A DNA stretch of 64,000 nt, from the NCBI GenBank assembly GCA_015680685.1, contig MNCI01001334.1, positions 180,726-244,725 of the forward strand, in the 5' to 3' direction. The notes below the pieces were generated by a model. The model was given only the letters and a program-made list of their open reading frames with translations, ran no database searches and had not been told where the DNA came from. Positions 39,675 to 53,100 of the stretch are shown in pieces; the stretch's first letter is position 1; every line of letters begins with the position of its first letter. Position numbers and translations under genes: made by a program. This DNA is from Gnetum montanum (Eukaryota; Plantae; Gnetophyta).

Positions 39675-40415
39675 ATGATGGTTCCTCCCTCACCAAATGA
39701 GGAGAAGTCAACATTCCTAGTATTTTGCAATAGCAAAGTCAAAGCTAATCCCAAAAATGACAAAGTTACTAGGGCTTCCTTGTTCATAACCATATGCATA
39801 AGAGAGTTTAATGTGCATCATGTGCATGTTGATGATGGAGTCACAACAAATGTCATCCCATGCACCATTGTTGAATGCTTGGGATTACTGAAGAAAGTAC
39901 AACCTACAACTACTATGGCTTTCAAATCCTTTAATAGATCAAAAGTTACCCTCAATGGATCTATCTCCTTGGATTTTGTGGAAGGGGAGCAATTCTCCAC
40001 AACCACCAATATCTTGGTGGTGGAGGAGATGCTAGGGTTTAACCTTATCCTTGAAAGACCTTGGTTGGCTTAATTATAGGCTATGTCCTCACCCATCCAT
40101 CAAGAAATTTACCTTCCTTTTAAGAAAGGTGAAATCATCATTCATGGTGATAGTGAAGTTTCCTTGGCTATTAACATTGTGAACATAGAGCAGGGGTCTG
40201 AAGTGGAGCTTTAGAAGAAAACTCCTAGCCATGAAGTTCATCAACCCAAAGGGGAGAAGAAGCCAAAGAACAACAACAATAGTTAGCGAGATATGTTATG
40301 GGATGAACTTTCTTTTAACATCATCAGTGAAGGTGATGGTGACTATAAGCTTGTGCAAAGTAGACTTTACTCATTCCCTAATCTTTCAAAGATTAGGAAG
40401 ACTTTGCACAAGTGA
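39675..40415 (+). pseudogene. Aspartic protease region of copy A
   Basis: ORF 39675-40073: VHHVHVDDGVTTNVIP...FNLILERPWL. No RT follows. Confidence 0.8.
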
Positions 40416-40691
40416 AGTGCACCCTAACCTTTCCATCCCATTCCCTTATAACTATATGCACTGATAGCCATGTAGCCTAACCTTTCTTTCCTAATTTTTT
40501 ATAAATTTTTATGTACTTTATTTTACTCTTTATGCATTTAGCCTAAGTTTCTACTTTCATTGAAATTTTTTTTGCTTATTTATTCTAACCTTTATTTTTC
40601 TTTACTTTCACTCATGTTATAAAAATGAAGAAAAAATTTAAAATATAAAATCACCCAAAAAATATATAGGTTTCTCTTTAACAAAGGTTTT

Positions 40692-40908
40692 CCATGGCCT
40701 TAAACTAGTATTACAATCCACTAAGGCTTTAAATTGGAAACATGGTTGGTCATGGGCTTAAACTGGTATTACAATTCACTAAGGCTTTAAATTGGCAACA
40801 TGGTTAGTCATGGTCTTAAACTAGCAATGACAATTCTATAACATAGTTGCTAAGACTTTAAACTAGAAAAATAATACAACCTATGCTCACCATGGCCTAA
40901 AACTACCA
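40692..40908 (+). repeat. 29-bp minisatellite (alternating ~58-bp dimer) after protease
   Basis: Alternating atggccttaaactagtattacaatccact / aaggctttaaattggcaacatggttagtc units. Confidence 0.85.
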
Positions 40909-41189
40909 AATGTCTCTTTTATTATATTTCTTTTTGTTTATCCTTTTATCACGTCAATTAGTCATTTATAACCAAAATAATCAACATAGACATTTATATC
41001 ATTTACAATGAACAACATATATATAGCCAAAAGTAAAACTGGAATTTGAAGTTAAAATGTCCATAACATACATAGTCATGGCCATATTGTATGGAAAAAA
41101 TGTCAAAAAATAATAATAACAACTATCTATAACATAGTCTTGGCTAACAATAGGCATCAATAGTAAAACAAAAATATATAACCAACATG

Positions 41190-43820
41190 CTAGATTAGGT
41201 TGATGAAGGTTGCTGAGAGGCATGTAGAGAAGGAATTGGTGGGTCATTCCCACCCTCATTACTATGGCCACCAATGTATCCTGATGACTAAAATACAATA
41301 ACACATAGCTAGTTGGTAACCCATAGCCAAAATCATGACTTAAAACAAAAAATAAAATATAAAATATATTAATCCTATAGGGATTACATCTCCATAACTT
41401 CTAGGGATAGATTTGGAAGGCCTTCCTCCAAACAATGAAGGATCTAGTCCTCCATCATGTTGACCTAGCCAACATCACCAAGATCAACACCCAAAAGGAT
41501 TCCAATCCTATCTATAGCAATCCAAGTAGGTGGCGCCTAGGTAGTAGTACCTATAGAGGTCTCACCTACAATAGTAGTAATATAAGAAGTAGGGAATTTT
41601 TCCACCATGAGAATACTCTTAAAAAACTTATAGGCACTCTTTGCCTAAATCCCATGGATGAATAGCTTTCTCTTGCACCATTCAACTAACTCCTCCTTGA
41701 GCCATTTGAGGTAGTCCCCATGAACCACCTTCTACTATCACTTGTGGACCTTTTTTTTCTTACCCCACTCTAGAACCCAAGTGTAGTGATATGTTCAATA
41801 CTCAACCTTCTAGAAGATGATGTCCATTTGCATATGCTACTCCACCATATCCCATGAGAGATTTACTTTGTCCTGAATGGTATGCTAGAAGCACACTTAC
41901 ATGATCTCCTTAGTCTAAAATTTCCTTGAGTTAGCTAGTTGGACTTCCACAAAGGCCTCATGGTCTTAGAGATCTCTAATTATCTCCTCTTGCCGCTAAG
42001 TCTTTTCCCTTAAGGCCATAACTTCCACTCATAAGGATTTGTTGGACCTCTCTAGCTCCCATGAAATTTTTGCACATGACATTGTTAGATCAGTAGTAGT
42101 CTCATACAACTTCAAGGGTATACTAGATACATCCAAGGGATAGTTTGGTAGGGTGTCAATTTCCATGTCTTAGCTGGGGTCTTATTCCCTAGAAGGCACT
42201 ACATAAGTATAAAATACAACCATAAACATAATGTAGAACATAAGATAGCCTATAACATAGAAAAAAAACTAAGGCATATAAAATAAAGTCCTTATCTATC
42301 TTGAGTGCAACCTATTACAACTAGTTGATGATGTCCTTAGCCATCCATCACATGAACTCCACCTTGTCTATGGCTCTACCAATGGTTTCTTAGAAAACTT
42401 AGGATAAGGGCTTGCATTGGTGGCTCAAGAACTACTACAAGCATGACAATCATCAAATAGTTAGGATGAAAACCAAACTTAATACAATAGGATATAATGA
42501 AAATGCTAAGGTATGGACATACCAAGCTCCTCCTCTTCTTCCTCTAGAATGATAATGGGGGATGTACCTAGCATCACCTCACCAAACAAGATGTTTAGAT
42601 CATTTATATCTACATTGGTAAACCCTAAAGCCTTAGGCTTTTAGACTGCATCCTCTACAAACCTTTGTTCTGTCTTTATGGTAGCTTTGGTTGCCATCAC
42701 ATGATGCTTACTTATAATCATAGCACATGAAAAATTGGTTAACACATGAAATTATAACATAGCCATAAACTTTAAAATAGCCAAACTAAGATAAAGCATA
42801 CCTATGACTACCTACTGTGATGGCTTAAGCTTAAACTTAAGCTTCTTTAGGGTAGGTTGGTCTAATGTTGACGATACTTCCTCCATGGGCATCTTAAGTT
42901 TCTCCCTGGCTACTCGTTCAGCCTCCCTAGATCATTGTTTGGCTTCCAAGATGCTTGTTGGAAACATGAGAGGCTCCTCATCATCCATGCTATTAGGGGA
43001 CTCACATCACCTACCATCAAGATCCTTGATAGTAATGGAAAGCAAATCATTCATCCCCTCTGGTGGGTTCTAGGCCTGCACTGTTGGATAAATGTGCTTT
43101 ATCCAAGGCCTAGAAAGTTGACTTTGATCTTGGGCAACCCATCACCCATTCCTCCACACCACCAGAAACTCCACAAACCTCTTCAAATAACCCACAAAGA
43201 ATTCAAAATGCATGTGGATTATTGTATAGGTATCAACATGAAGTTTGAGGATCTCATCCTAAAGACCAACAGCCAAAGTAGCTACACAATTGAACCTAGT
43301 GTCATCTATCAAGACCTTCTTAAAGGTCCACCCCTGCATGAAGCTGATCATATTCTTTTAAGATAATAGTTTGGGAAATGCATGATCCCTAAATAGAGGA
43401 TATGATTTTTTTGGATTAGGGTTTGTGAAACCATTCATGGAAATTCTTTAGTGGTCCATGGTCACACTAACCCACTCCAAAACTTCCTCACGATGGCTTG
43501 ATTCCTTCATTATTTTCATGGAAATATTTGCCTCATCAGTGGAGACATCAAACAAGTTGTAAATGAAGCCCTCATCAATGTCTATGTTAATCTTCATGTC
43601 TTGAATGATGGTGCTAAAATGATTAACCTCCTTATTGAAGGAGACAATAAAGTGCAACATCTCTATAGTAAGGATGAAATGGATAGGTGCCATAACTAGA
43701 TCAAGTAAACCTGGATGCTCGATGTTTACTTGGGTGTATCTAGGCACCTATCCCCTTTGCCACTCTTCTACTGATAACACCTCACCAAACTCTAGGATGC
43801 TGATATCCCCAAGACATCCT
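41190..43820 (-). pseudogene. Antisense cargo gene, copy A (3' exons)
   Basis: ORF 43448-43747 is homologous to 1625-2098. Donors GTATG at 42801 and 42522; mutated ATAAG at 42295. Confidence 0.75.
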
Positions 43821-45302
43821 TGAAAAACCACAAAAATTTGCATGTTATAGCCAATTTTTATCATGTAGCTTTCATCCCATGCAATCTGAGGTAAAACTTC
43901 ATTGTAAATGTAAAGATTGTAATCCATGAGGGGCAATCTAATGTGTTCCATGATTTTGGGATTAAAAAATGCCTTATAAGTGTCAAAGCATCATTCCCCA
44001 AGTAAAAAAAACTACCTAGTATCTATATTTGGGCTTTGGCAAGGAGGGGGTGGGGGGTGATTCAAAATGCTTTTTGGAATGCCAAAAATGACAATTTGAT
44101 GGATTTTATGGTGGGTATACATTTTTCTATATTGGAAACACTTATAGGAGGGTATATCCCATCTACCTCCAATGTGGAGAGGTTGGGGGGGGGGGGGGGG
44201 GGGTGGTTTTCCCTTAACTTGGAAACCTTCCCCTAGCCTGGAAACTACAATCCCTAGCATGGAAGTTACAAAAGCCAAATTCCAACACTCCATGCACTTC
44301 AACGTTAACCAACTAGTTGAGCAAGGATGGTGGAAGGCTTAGCATGAAAGATCTATCTCTAGCATGGAAGGTGTGCCCTTGTTCCCATATATAGTAAATA
44401 GAATGGTCATGCGGGAAGGCAATTACTATATATGGCAACCCACCAAATTTGGGCACCCATCTCACCTATAATAGATAGAAATTTGCAACAAAATCACAAC
44501 CAATTTGCAACCAAATTACAGCCATTTTGCAGCCCCATTCATGGCCTAAAACCTATAAAATCCAACCTTAAACACTATTTTAGGGGTTCATCAGCATTGT
44601 TCAACAATTCTATTTTGCAATCTTTAGCAATTTTTGGCCATAGTTTAGTGATTCTTAGCAAGCAACCCTTGATACACAATTCCACACTTGGGAATTCTTA
44701 GGCACTCAAGAGCTCTTGTAAGTTCCCATACTTGCACTCTTGATCCCGAACGTGGAAGCACTAACTCTATCACTCTGAGACTAGTGAAATTTTTGTATCA
44801 ATGTTGCATTTTTAGGGCTTCCAACCCCTAGCATGAAGCAATCTGGTAGTTAAATTTCTCACCTTTCTCAACCCCCATCATGGCCAACATTGCAAATTTG
44901 GAGTAGTAGCATAAGAGGTTTGATAGCATTGGGAGTGGTAGGACATTTGAATCATGGAGTTAGCTATATGGACTTTGATAGACCTTGAATCCCTATCCAA
45001 GTGGGCCCCCTACTATCCATTAAGGAACCATTTGTACACATTTCTCTAGCTTATTCTTTATTCTTTCTCAATAAAGTTTTAAGTTTTGGGTTTTGTATGC
45101 AAAATATATTTTCTTATTTACTGTGCGTTATTCATACTTGTTTTCACATTATTTTACAACCTCCCCAAGTCCTTGGTTGATTTACTGGAGTAGCTAGGAT
45201 ACCTCAAATCCCATTTTTAAGGAGGCCTTGGGGATTTAGGAATGAGATTGCTATACCATGTCCATCAATTTTTTCCAAAAATCAATTTTTCCAATCGCAA
45301 CA
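43821..45302 (+). repeat. 5' LTR of Tat copy B
   Basis: TGAAAAACC...TCGCAACA. TATA cctataaaa at ~44552. G19 run at 44185-44203. Confidence 0.9.
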
Positions 45303-45309
45303 ATTTTCT

Positions 45310-45326
45310 TGGCACTAGAAGGAGGG
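45310..45326 (+). promoter_or_regulatory. Primer-binding site complementary to plant tRNA-Asn(GUU)
   Basis: TGGCACTAGAAGGAGGG vs expected TGGCGCTAGAAGGAGGG (tRNA sequence recalled, not searched). Starts 7 nt after the LTR end. Confidence 0.8.
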
Positions 45327-46179
45327 CCTTCATCCAATTTCTATCTAAATCAATTTTTTTATTACCAACGTTGTCTTTTATTGAAAAAAATATGAAATTT
45401 TGGCATTAAAACCTTTGAAACCTTTAAAATCCAATGTTGCAACCCATTTCCCCCTACGATCAAATCCCAATGTGGAAGTTGGAGGCTTTTAGGATTTCAA
45501 GATTTTCACAAAAATTATGAATTTCAAGGCTAACATTAGCATCCCACAAAATCCTTAAAAGATAAATGCTACCCCTTTCCCCTTGTGATCAAAACTATAA
45601 CATGGAAGTTGTGAGTGGTTGGATGGTGGCTTTTCACAACACTTGTTCTGAATTTTTCCACCCAAAGCCAATGTTGAAATATTTTCCCCTTTTTTCTTTT
45701 TGTTGCCAATTTCAATTTTTTTTAGTTTCTATAGTTGGTGGTGCAGCCCTTTTGGAAATTACGAAACTTTTGAAAGTTAGTTTCCCCCCATCTTTCCTAG
45801 TTAAGAAAATTGGTAACCTACTAAAACTAGTTTTAGTGGAAAAATATCAACCTTCCACTTTGGCTTTCAGCCTTTCCCCTCATCAACGTTGGCTTAGAAG
45901 ATGTGAGATTTCCATCATCTCACCTAGCTTCTTTGCTTTTACAATACCAAATGTAGAGGTAGTTAGGGGACCAACATGGGTAAGGCTGGTTACCAATGTT
46001 TTCAACCTTCCATTTTTGATAAAGGGGTAAACCCCCTTTACCCCACACATACTAATTTTAGTAAGTACTCTATTTTCAACAATTTTTTCTACCTTTGATC
46101 ATTTTCAAATTCCACTTATTGATAAATACCCTTCAATGATAACTATTTTAGCATTCTAGCTTAATTGATTGTGATTGAA

Positions 46180-49100
46180 GAGGAAGATGACAAGCATATC
46201 TCCAAGGAATAACAAGAAGAGGAGGATGAATTTAAGGTAGAATCTAGGCCTGAAAACATCATGGGAGTATGGTTTCAACAAAAATTCCCCAAGGTCATAG
46301 TTTCTTCCTCTAACACCTTTGTGTTCTCCATGGATATGATACCACTATCTTCCACTCCCTCCTACCCTACCACGACTAGTTCCACACTAGTCATAGCCAC
46401 TCATCAAGCCCAAACGATGTCACAATAAACAACCCATAATTCATTAATGTCATGTGCTACATAGTCTAGATTTGTGTAGCCTTTGATGATGATTTTCACT
46501 ACCAAAAATCCATTAACTACATATGAAAGGTCCACCATGGAAAAAAAAAGTAATTTAGGGGGTCACATACTCCTTTTATCTCATTTGTGCCTTAAGTACC
46601 GGTATAAACATCCTTCTCCTTGTTTGGTCCACAAGCTACAATCTTGACACAATCTCTTTCTTCCATCTTGCAATTCATAGTAATGGCATAGGACTCACAA
46701 CATATGCCACAACCATATGGGCAAGCCCCATAGCTAATAGGGCCACCACATGGCTTGGATCAAGCCTTCCAAATGATCTAGGACCTAACAAAGGACTTAA
46801 AGAGGCTTAAAGTCTCTACTTCATAATCTATCAAGATTATAGACTTCTACCATGATGATCACATTAGTCATGTAGTCCCACCCTTGACACTTTCTTCTAG
46901 TGTCCCTATTCCCCAATGTTGCAAGTATAATGGAGAAGGTCATCCCAATGCTCACTTTATTACCTTTTGATCCAGATGCTTACTCTTGCAACCATGGCCT
47001 CATTCTATCATGAGGATTTTCCCTATGTGTTTGACCAGGGAAGCACTTGATTGGTACCACATATTACCTAGAGGATCCATATCCTAATTATAAGACTTGA
47101 TAGCCTACTTTATCAGTTGCTTCAAGTATCCCTTAAAGCCTGACACCATGCTTGACCAACTCATGAAGGTCAAGCAAGGATCACTAGAACTCATAAAGAA
47201 GTTCATCTAGTGATAGAATGAACTATTGAATGAAATATTAGAGCTCATATTTGAAGCCCACCTTTTGGCCATATTTAATGGGACTAAGAATGACTTCATC
47301 AAGTCAAAAATTTATTATCTTGACCTATGACCCCTCAGTCAAGCATTTTTTCAAACCAAAAAATAGAGGATGTTGCAGCGGCTAGTCATGATCTAGCCTA
47401 TGTAGCATATAAAAATCAACATGCATGAAGAGATAAGGAAAAGAACAAAAAAAATAACACAACCATAGCAACTAAACCAAAGAAGCAAAGACTACAAAGT
47501 AGGGTCCAAAGATCAACCCACCCAAGGCCTCCACTAATCACTACAATGACCAACCATCAACCTTTGAGGCCACCACATCAACAATGACTAGACCAAATTT
47601 TAAATAAAAAGATTATAGTAAGTACAAAACCTTACCTATGAAACCATCCAAGTTCCTAGATCAACTATTGAAGATTGGGTGCATGCAATACGAATAGATG
47701 ATTGAAGCTACTCAAAAGAACCACTAGTTGCTATGCACAATAGCCAAGGATCACACTCAAGTAATAAAGGATGATTTCCAATTTCCCAAGTACTTCAAAA
47801 TAGACCACTTATATCATTATTTGAAACTACCTAGTCATGACATAGACTTTTGCCTCATGTTGAAGGATGATTTACAGAGGATGATAGATAGGAAGGAGCT
47901 GATCTCAAATGCTTCCAATCAAGTTTGATCATAAAACCAAGCAATGCAGGTCTACAAGGATCCATTAAATGCTAAGGACAACCTTTATGTTATTTTATCA
48001 TTCAACATTGATGATGATTGTAGACCCTTAAGAGAACCATTTGTGATTCATGTACTCCTTTGTGATGAAAGGGCTTCTTTAGCTTCCATCAACTCAAGAA
48101 TCCCCTTTGTCATAAGAGTACCATTAAGAGTGCCTCTGAAGAAACCTTTGGTCATTAGGTTATCTTAGCCTAACACAACCCAAGCAAATGTAGCCCAACC
48201 AACTACATAACAACCTCTTGTAGTGGCCAATGCTATTTCCTCTTCCTCACAATCAACAACTAATAATCAAAAGATCTCAAGGAAGAAGCATAAGCAAAAT
48301 TCCAACAACAAGGGTGATAAGTAGATAGAGACACGAATGGAAATGGATCCAACAAAGCCTACTCTGATATCATCTATACCCATGACCTCCTCTACTCAAT
48401 CCCCTTCAACCAACAAGCCATAGGAAGGTACTAAAACTCATAAGTAGAGGAATGAAGAAAGGCCCCAACAACCACAACCTAAAGCGGAAGTTTGCATTTT
48501 GGAATGCATGGAGGAAGTAAAGCACAACTAGGGTGACAAGCCCATGGCCAATGAAAAAAACTTCCTCAATGCAATGGACTAGGTTAGGCAATCCCTTAAG
48601 CAAAAGAATATAACTCTAAACTTGTATGATCTAGTTATGACTTCCGCCACACATCATGAGGCATTAGTCAAAATGTTGACTTTCATTCCCATTACTAAGG
48701 AAATCCCTACTAATGAGGAATCCATCCACATAGTGATGGTTCCAACCTCATCAAGGGAGAAGAAGTCAACATCCTTAATATTTTGTAATAGTGAAATCGA
48801 GGTTAATCGCCAAAATGGTGAAGTAACTAAGTCTTTATTATTCATAACCATACATGTAGGGTAGTTTAAAGTGCATCAAGTGCATGTTGATGATGGAGCT
48901 GCAACTAACATCGTCCCATGCACCATCATTGAATGCTTGGACTTAACTAAGCAAGTACAACCTACTACCACCATGGCTCCTAAGTCCATCAATAGATCAA
49001 GAGTTACATTAACAAGTCTATCTTCTTTGCAGTAGGGGAGCAATTCCCTACAACCTAGAAATTCTTGGTGATGGAGGAGATGCCAAGGTTTAACATTATC

Positions 49101-49466
49101 ATGGGAAGACTTTGGTTGGCTTAGTTGCAAGTTGTGTCTTCTTCCATCCACCAAGAAATTTACCTTCCTTATGATGAAGGTGAAATCATCATCCATGGTG
49201 ATAACAATGCTTCCCTAGTGGTTAACAATGTGGACATAGAGCAAGGGTCTAAAGTGAAGCTTTAGGAAAACAATCCTAGCCATGAAGTCCATCAACCCAA
49301 GGGAGAGCAATAGCCAAAGAATAAAAATGATAAGAAACAAAATGTGTTATGGGACGAACTCCCTTTTAGCATCACTAGTGAAGGTGATGGTGAATATAAG
49401 CTTGTGTAGAGTAGGCCTTACTCATTCCATATTCTTTGAAAGATTAGAAAATATTTGGACAAGTGA
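46180..49466 (+). pseudogene. gag: gag-protease remnant of copy B
   Basis: KYNGEGHPNAHF (~46925); FPMCLTREALDWYHILPRGSI (~47020); protease VHQVHVDDGAATNIVP (~48870). Start is approximate. Confidence 0.85.
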
Positions 49467-49681
49467 AGTGCACCTTAGTCTTTTCATCCCATGCCCTCAT
49501 AACCAGATGCACTAATAGCCATGTAGCCTAATCTTTCTTTATTAATTTGATATACGTTTTTCATGTACTTTGTTTTACTCCTTATGCAGGTAGCCTAAGT
49601 TTCTACTTTCATTTGCATTCTTAAGGCCTTTCTTCAAAACATAAAATCATCAAAAGATACATAATTTTCTCTTCAATAAGG

Positions 49682-49830
49682 CCTGCTATGGCTTAAACTA
49701 GCATACTAGTCTACTAAGACTCTAAATTGGTGTCAAAGTCCACTAAGACTCTAAACTAGCAACATGGCCCGCCATGGCCTTAAACTAGGAAAACAATACA
49801 ACCTATGCTTTCCATGGCCTAAAATTGGAA
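49682..49830 (+). repeat. 29-bp minisatellite after protease, copy B
   Basis: Units such as actaagactctaaattgg / atggccttaaactagg. Confidence 0.8.
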
Positions 49831-50149
49831 AAAATATCTTTTATTATATTTCTTTTCATTTAGCATTTTTTTTCATTGATTCACCATTTAACTTTATAAC
49901 CGAAAACACCAATATAGCCATTTACAATGTTTACTACATAGCCATTTACAATGTTTATGAGAACAATATATATATGAAGCTAAAAATGAAACCAAATTTT
50001 TTTTTTCAAATTTAAAGTGTCCATAACATACATAGCCATGGCCACACTGTGTGGCAAAATTGTCAAAAAATAATAACAACCATCTGTAACATAGTTTTGG
50101 CCAATAATGGCCATCAACATAAAAGTGAGAACAAATAGCCAACATGCAA

Positions 50150-53100
50150 GACTAGGCTGATGGAGGCTACTAAGAGGCATCTAGAGGAGGAAGTGGTGGG
50201 TCATTCTTGCCCTCACCAATGGAGCCACCAATATCTCTTGAAGCTTACAATACAACAACACATAGCCAATTAGTAACCCATATCCAAAACCATAAAAAAA
50301 AACAAAAATATAAGACAAAATGCAACAAACCTATGGATTTTCTACCTCCATGACTTCTGGGGGTAGATATGGAAGTCCTTCCTCCAAATGATGAAGGATT
50401 TGGTCCTCCATCATGTTGATCTAGTTAACATCCTCAAGATTAATGCCAAAAAGGATGTCAATCCTATCTATAGTAGTCCAAGTAGAAGGCTCTTGGGTAG
50501 TAGTAGCCTTAGAAGTCTCAACTACAATTGTAGTAATCTAAAGAGTAGTAGATTTCTCCACTGTGAGAGTACTCTCAAAGATTTGATAAGCACTCTCCAC
50601 CTAGATTCCTTGGATGAACAACTCTCTTTTGTCATTTAACTAACTCCTCGAGCCACATGAGGTAGGCCCCATGATCTTCCTTATACTATCTCTTATGAGC
50701 TTTTTGTTTCTTACTACACTCTAGGACCCAAGTGTAGTGATCTTTCTAATCTTAAATCTTTTAGGAGATGAGGTCCATTTGCATCTATTATTTCACCATC
50801 TCTTGTAAGATTTCTACTTTCTCCTAAATGGTATGCCTGTAATAGGTCCATGTGATCTCCTTAGTCCAAAATTTTCCTGAGTTAGCCACTTAGGCTTCCA
50901 CAAAAGCCTTCTAGTCCTGAAGATCTCTAATCATATCCTTCTACCATTGAGTCTTTTTCCTTAGGACCACAACTTCCTCCCATAGGGATTTATTGGACCT
51001 ATTTAGCTCCCATGAAGGTTTTGCACATGACAGTGCTAGATCAATAGTAGTCTTGTACAACTTCAATGGTATACTAGATACATTAGAGGGAAGCTTAGGC
51101 AAGAAGTTAATCTCCATGTCTCAGTTGGGGTTCCACTCCATAGAAGATACTACACAAGCATAAAATACAACCATAAACATAATGTACAACCTAAGATGGC
51201 TATACCATTTACATAAGCTATAACATAGCAAAACAACTAAGGCATATAAAACAAAGTCCTTACCTATCTCAAGTGCAACCTACTGCAACTAGTCGATGAT
51301 GTTCTTAGCCATCCACTACATAAACTCAACCTTGTATAGGGTCTCTACCCATGGTTTCACATGAAAATTAGGGAAAATGCTTGCATTTGTGGCTTAGGAA
51401 CTACTACAAGTATAATAATCATCAAATAAATAGGATGAAAACCAAAATCAAACAATAAGATATAATGAAGATGTTAAGGCATGGGTGTACTTGGCTTCTC
51501 CTCTTCCTCCTCTAGGATCATGATGGGGGATGTACCTAGCACCAACTCATTGAAAAGGGAATCTAGATCATCTATATCTACATTGGAAAATCCTTCAACC
51601 TTAATCTATAAGAGTGCCTTCTCCACACACCTTTGTTCTTCCCCTACAAAAGCTTGAGCTACCATGACCTAATGCTTATCTGTCACCATAGTGCCTAGAA
51701 AACTAGTTAACACATGAAACCATAACATAGACATAAATCTTAAAATAGCCAAAACATAGATAAAGCATACCTATGACTGCCTACTATGATGGCCTAAGCT
51801 TAAGCTTAAGCTTCTTTGGGGTAGGTTGGTTTATGCTAGTCGTACCTCCTCCATGGTCCTAGTGAATTTCTCCCTTGTTGTCCCTTTAGCCTTCCTATGT
51901 CATCGTTTGACCTTCAAGATGCTCATAGGAAACATGAGAGGCTCCCTGTCATCTATGCTTTCACAAGATTCATGTTGCCTAACATTAAGATCCTTGGTGG
52001 TGAGAAACAACAAATAATCCATCCCCTCTAGTGGGTTATGGGCCTACACCGTTGGATAAATGTGCTTTATCCAAGGCCTAGAAAGTTGGCTTGGATCTTG
52101 GCCAACCCATCATCCATTCCTTTACACCACCAAAAACTCTGCAAACCTCTTCAAATTAGCCACAAAGAATGCAAAATGCATGTGGATTATTGTAGAGGTG
52201 TTAGCACAGAGTTTAAGGATCTCCTCCTAAAGCCTAATAGCCAAAGTAGCTACCCAGTTGAAATTGGTACCATACATTAAGAACATCTTAAAGGTCTACC
52301 CATGTACGATTCCAATCACCTTCCTTTGCAATAATAGCTTGGAAAATGCACAAGACCTAAAAAAAGGATATGATTCCTTTGCATTAGGATTCATGAATTT
52401 ATTCATGGAAAATTTAGAGTGCCTCATGTTGGTACTAAGCTACTCCAAAATTTCCTCATGATGACCTAATTCCTTCACTATTCTAGTGGGAACCTTTGCC
52501 CTATCAGCAAGAACATCAAAAAAGTTGCAAAGGAGGCCCTTATCAATGTTCATTTTAAGCTTGACACCCTAAATGGTGGTGGTAAAATGACCAACCACCC
52601 ATTGAATGAGGTGATTATGTGCAACATCTCCATGGTAGGGATATAAGGGATAGGTGCCATGAATATATCAAGCAAACCTACACACTAAATGTTCACTTGA
52701 ATGTATCTAAGCATCTATCCCCTTAACCATTCTTGTGGTGGTATCACCTCACCAAAATTTAGGATGAGGGTCTTCTCATTACGTCTTGAAAGTGGTATGG
52801 TAACATTAGTAGAGGTGGAAGGCCCTGTATAGCAAATAACAAAATAGTTAGCATCAACATAGGCATGTTTTATGGTTGATTAAAGTGATAGAATACTTAA
52901 AAATTTCATGATCAATAGCTCCTATGTTTACGTTTCCTCTTCTTTGATGTAGTTTGAGTGGAGGTTCCAATAGTAAGGGTCTAGCCCAAAGAGCTCTTAG
53001 AGCCTACCCACTTGTTGTGTATTATCTTCTCATCCTTGAACTTCTTGTAGACAACTTTGAATATCATGGTGTATTCACCAAAGTCTTCTCTTAACTATTC

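Larger units (their letters stand above)
36657..43820 (+). mobile_element. Tat family copy A: 5' LTR, deleted PBS/gag, protease, minisatellite, part of antisense gene; cut by the LTR of copy B
   Basis: Colinear with copy B except for deletions at ~38150, ~38430 and ~38730. Homology stops at 43820. Confidence 0.85.

Noticed and set aside
41435-43366. Plus-strand ORFs repeated between copies (41435-41665/50388-50639; 42804-43366/51826-52280) as real genes
   Set aside because: They are best explained as shadows of the minus-strand gene, since splice sites and protein-like conservation are on the minus strand.
44185-44203. G19 run (and G/C-rich tracts at ~7048-7086 and 37071-37098) as functional G-quadruplexes
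   Set aside because: Length and position vary between LTR copies, consistent with homopolymer slippage.
45310-45326. tRNA gene fragments at the PBS sites (also 20952-20969)
   Set aside because: Only 17-18 nt complementary to tRNA 3' ends and adjacent to LTRs, so these are primer-binding sites rather than tRNA genes.
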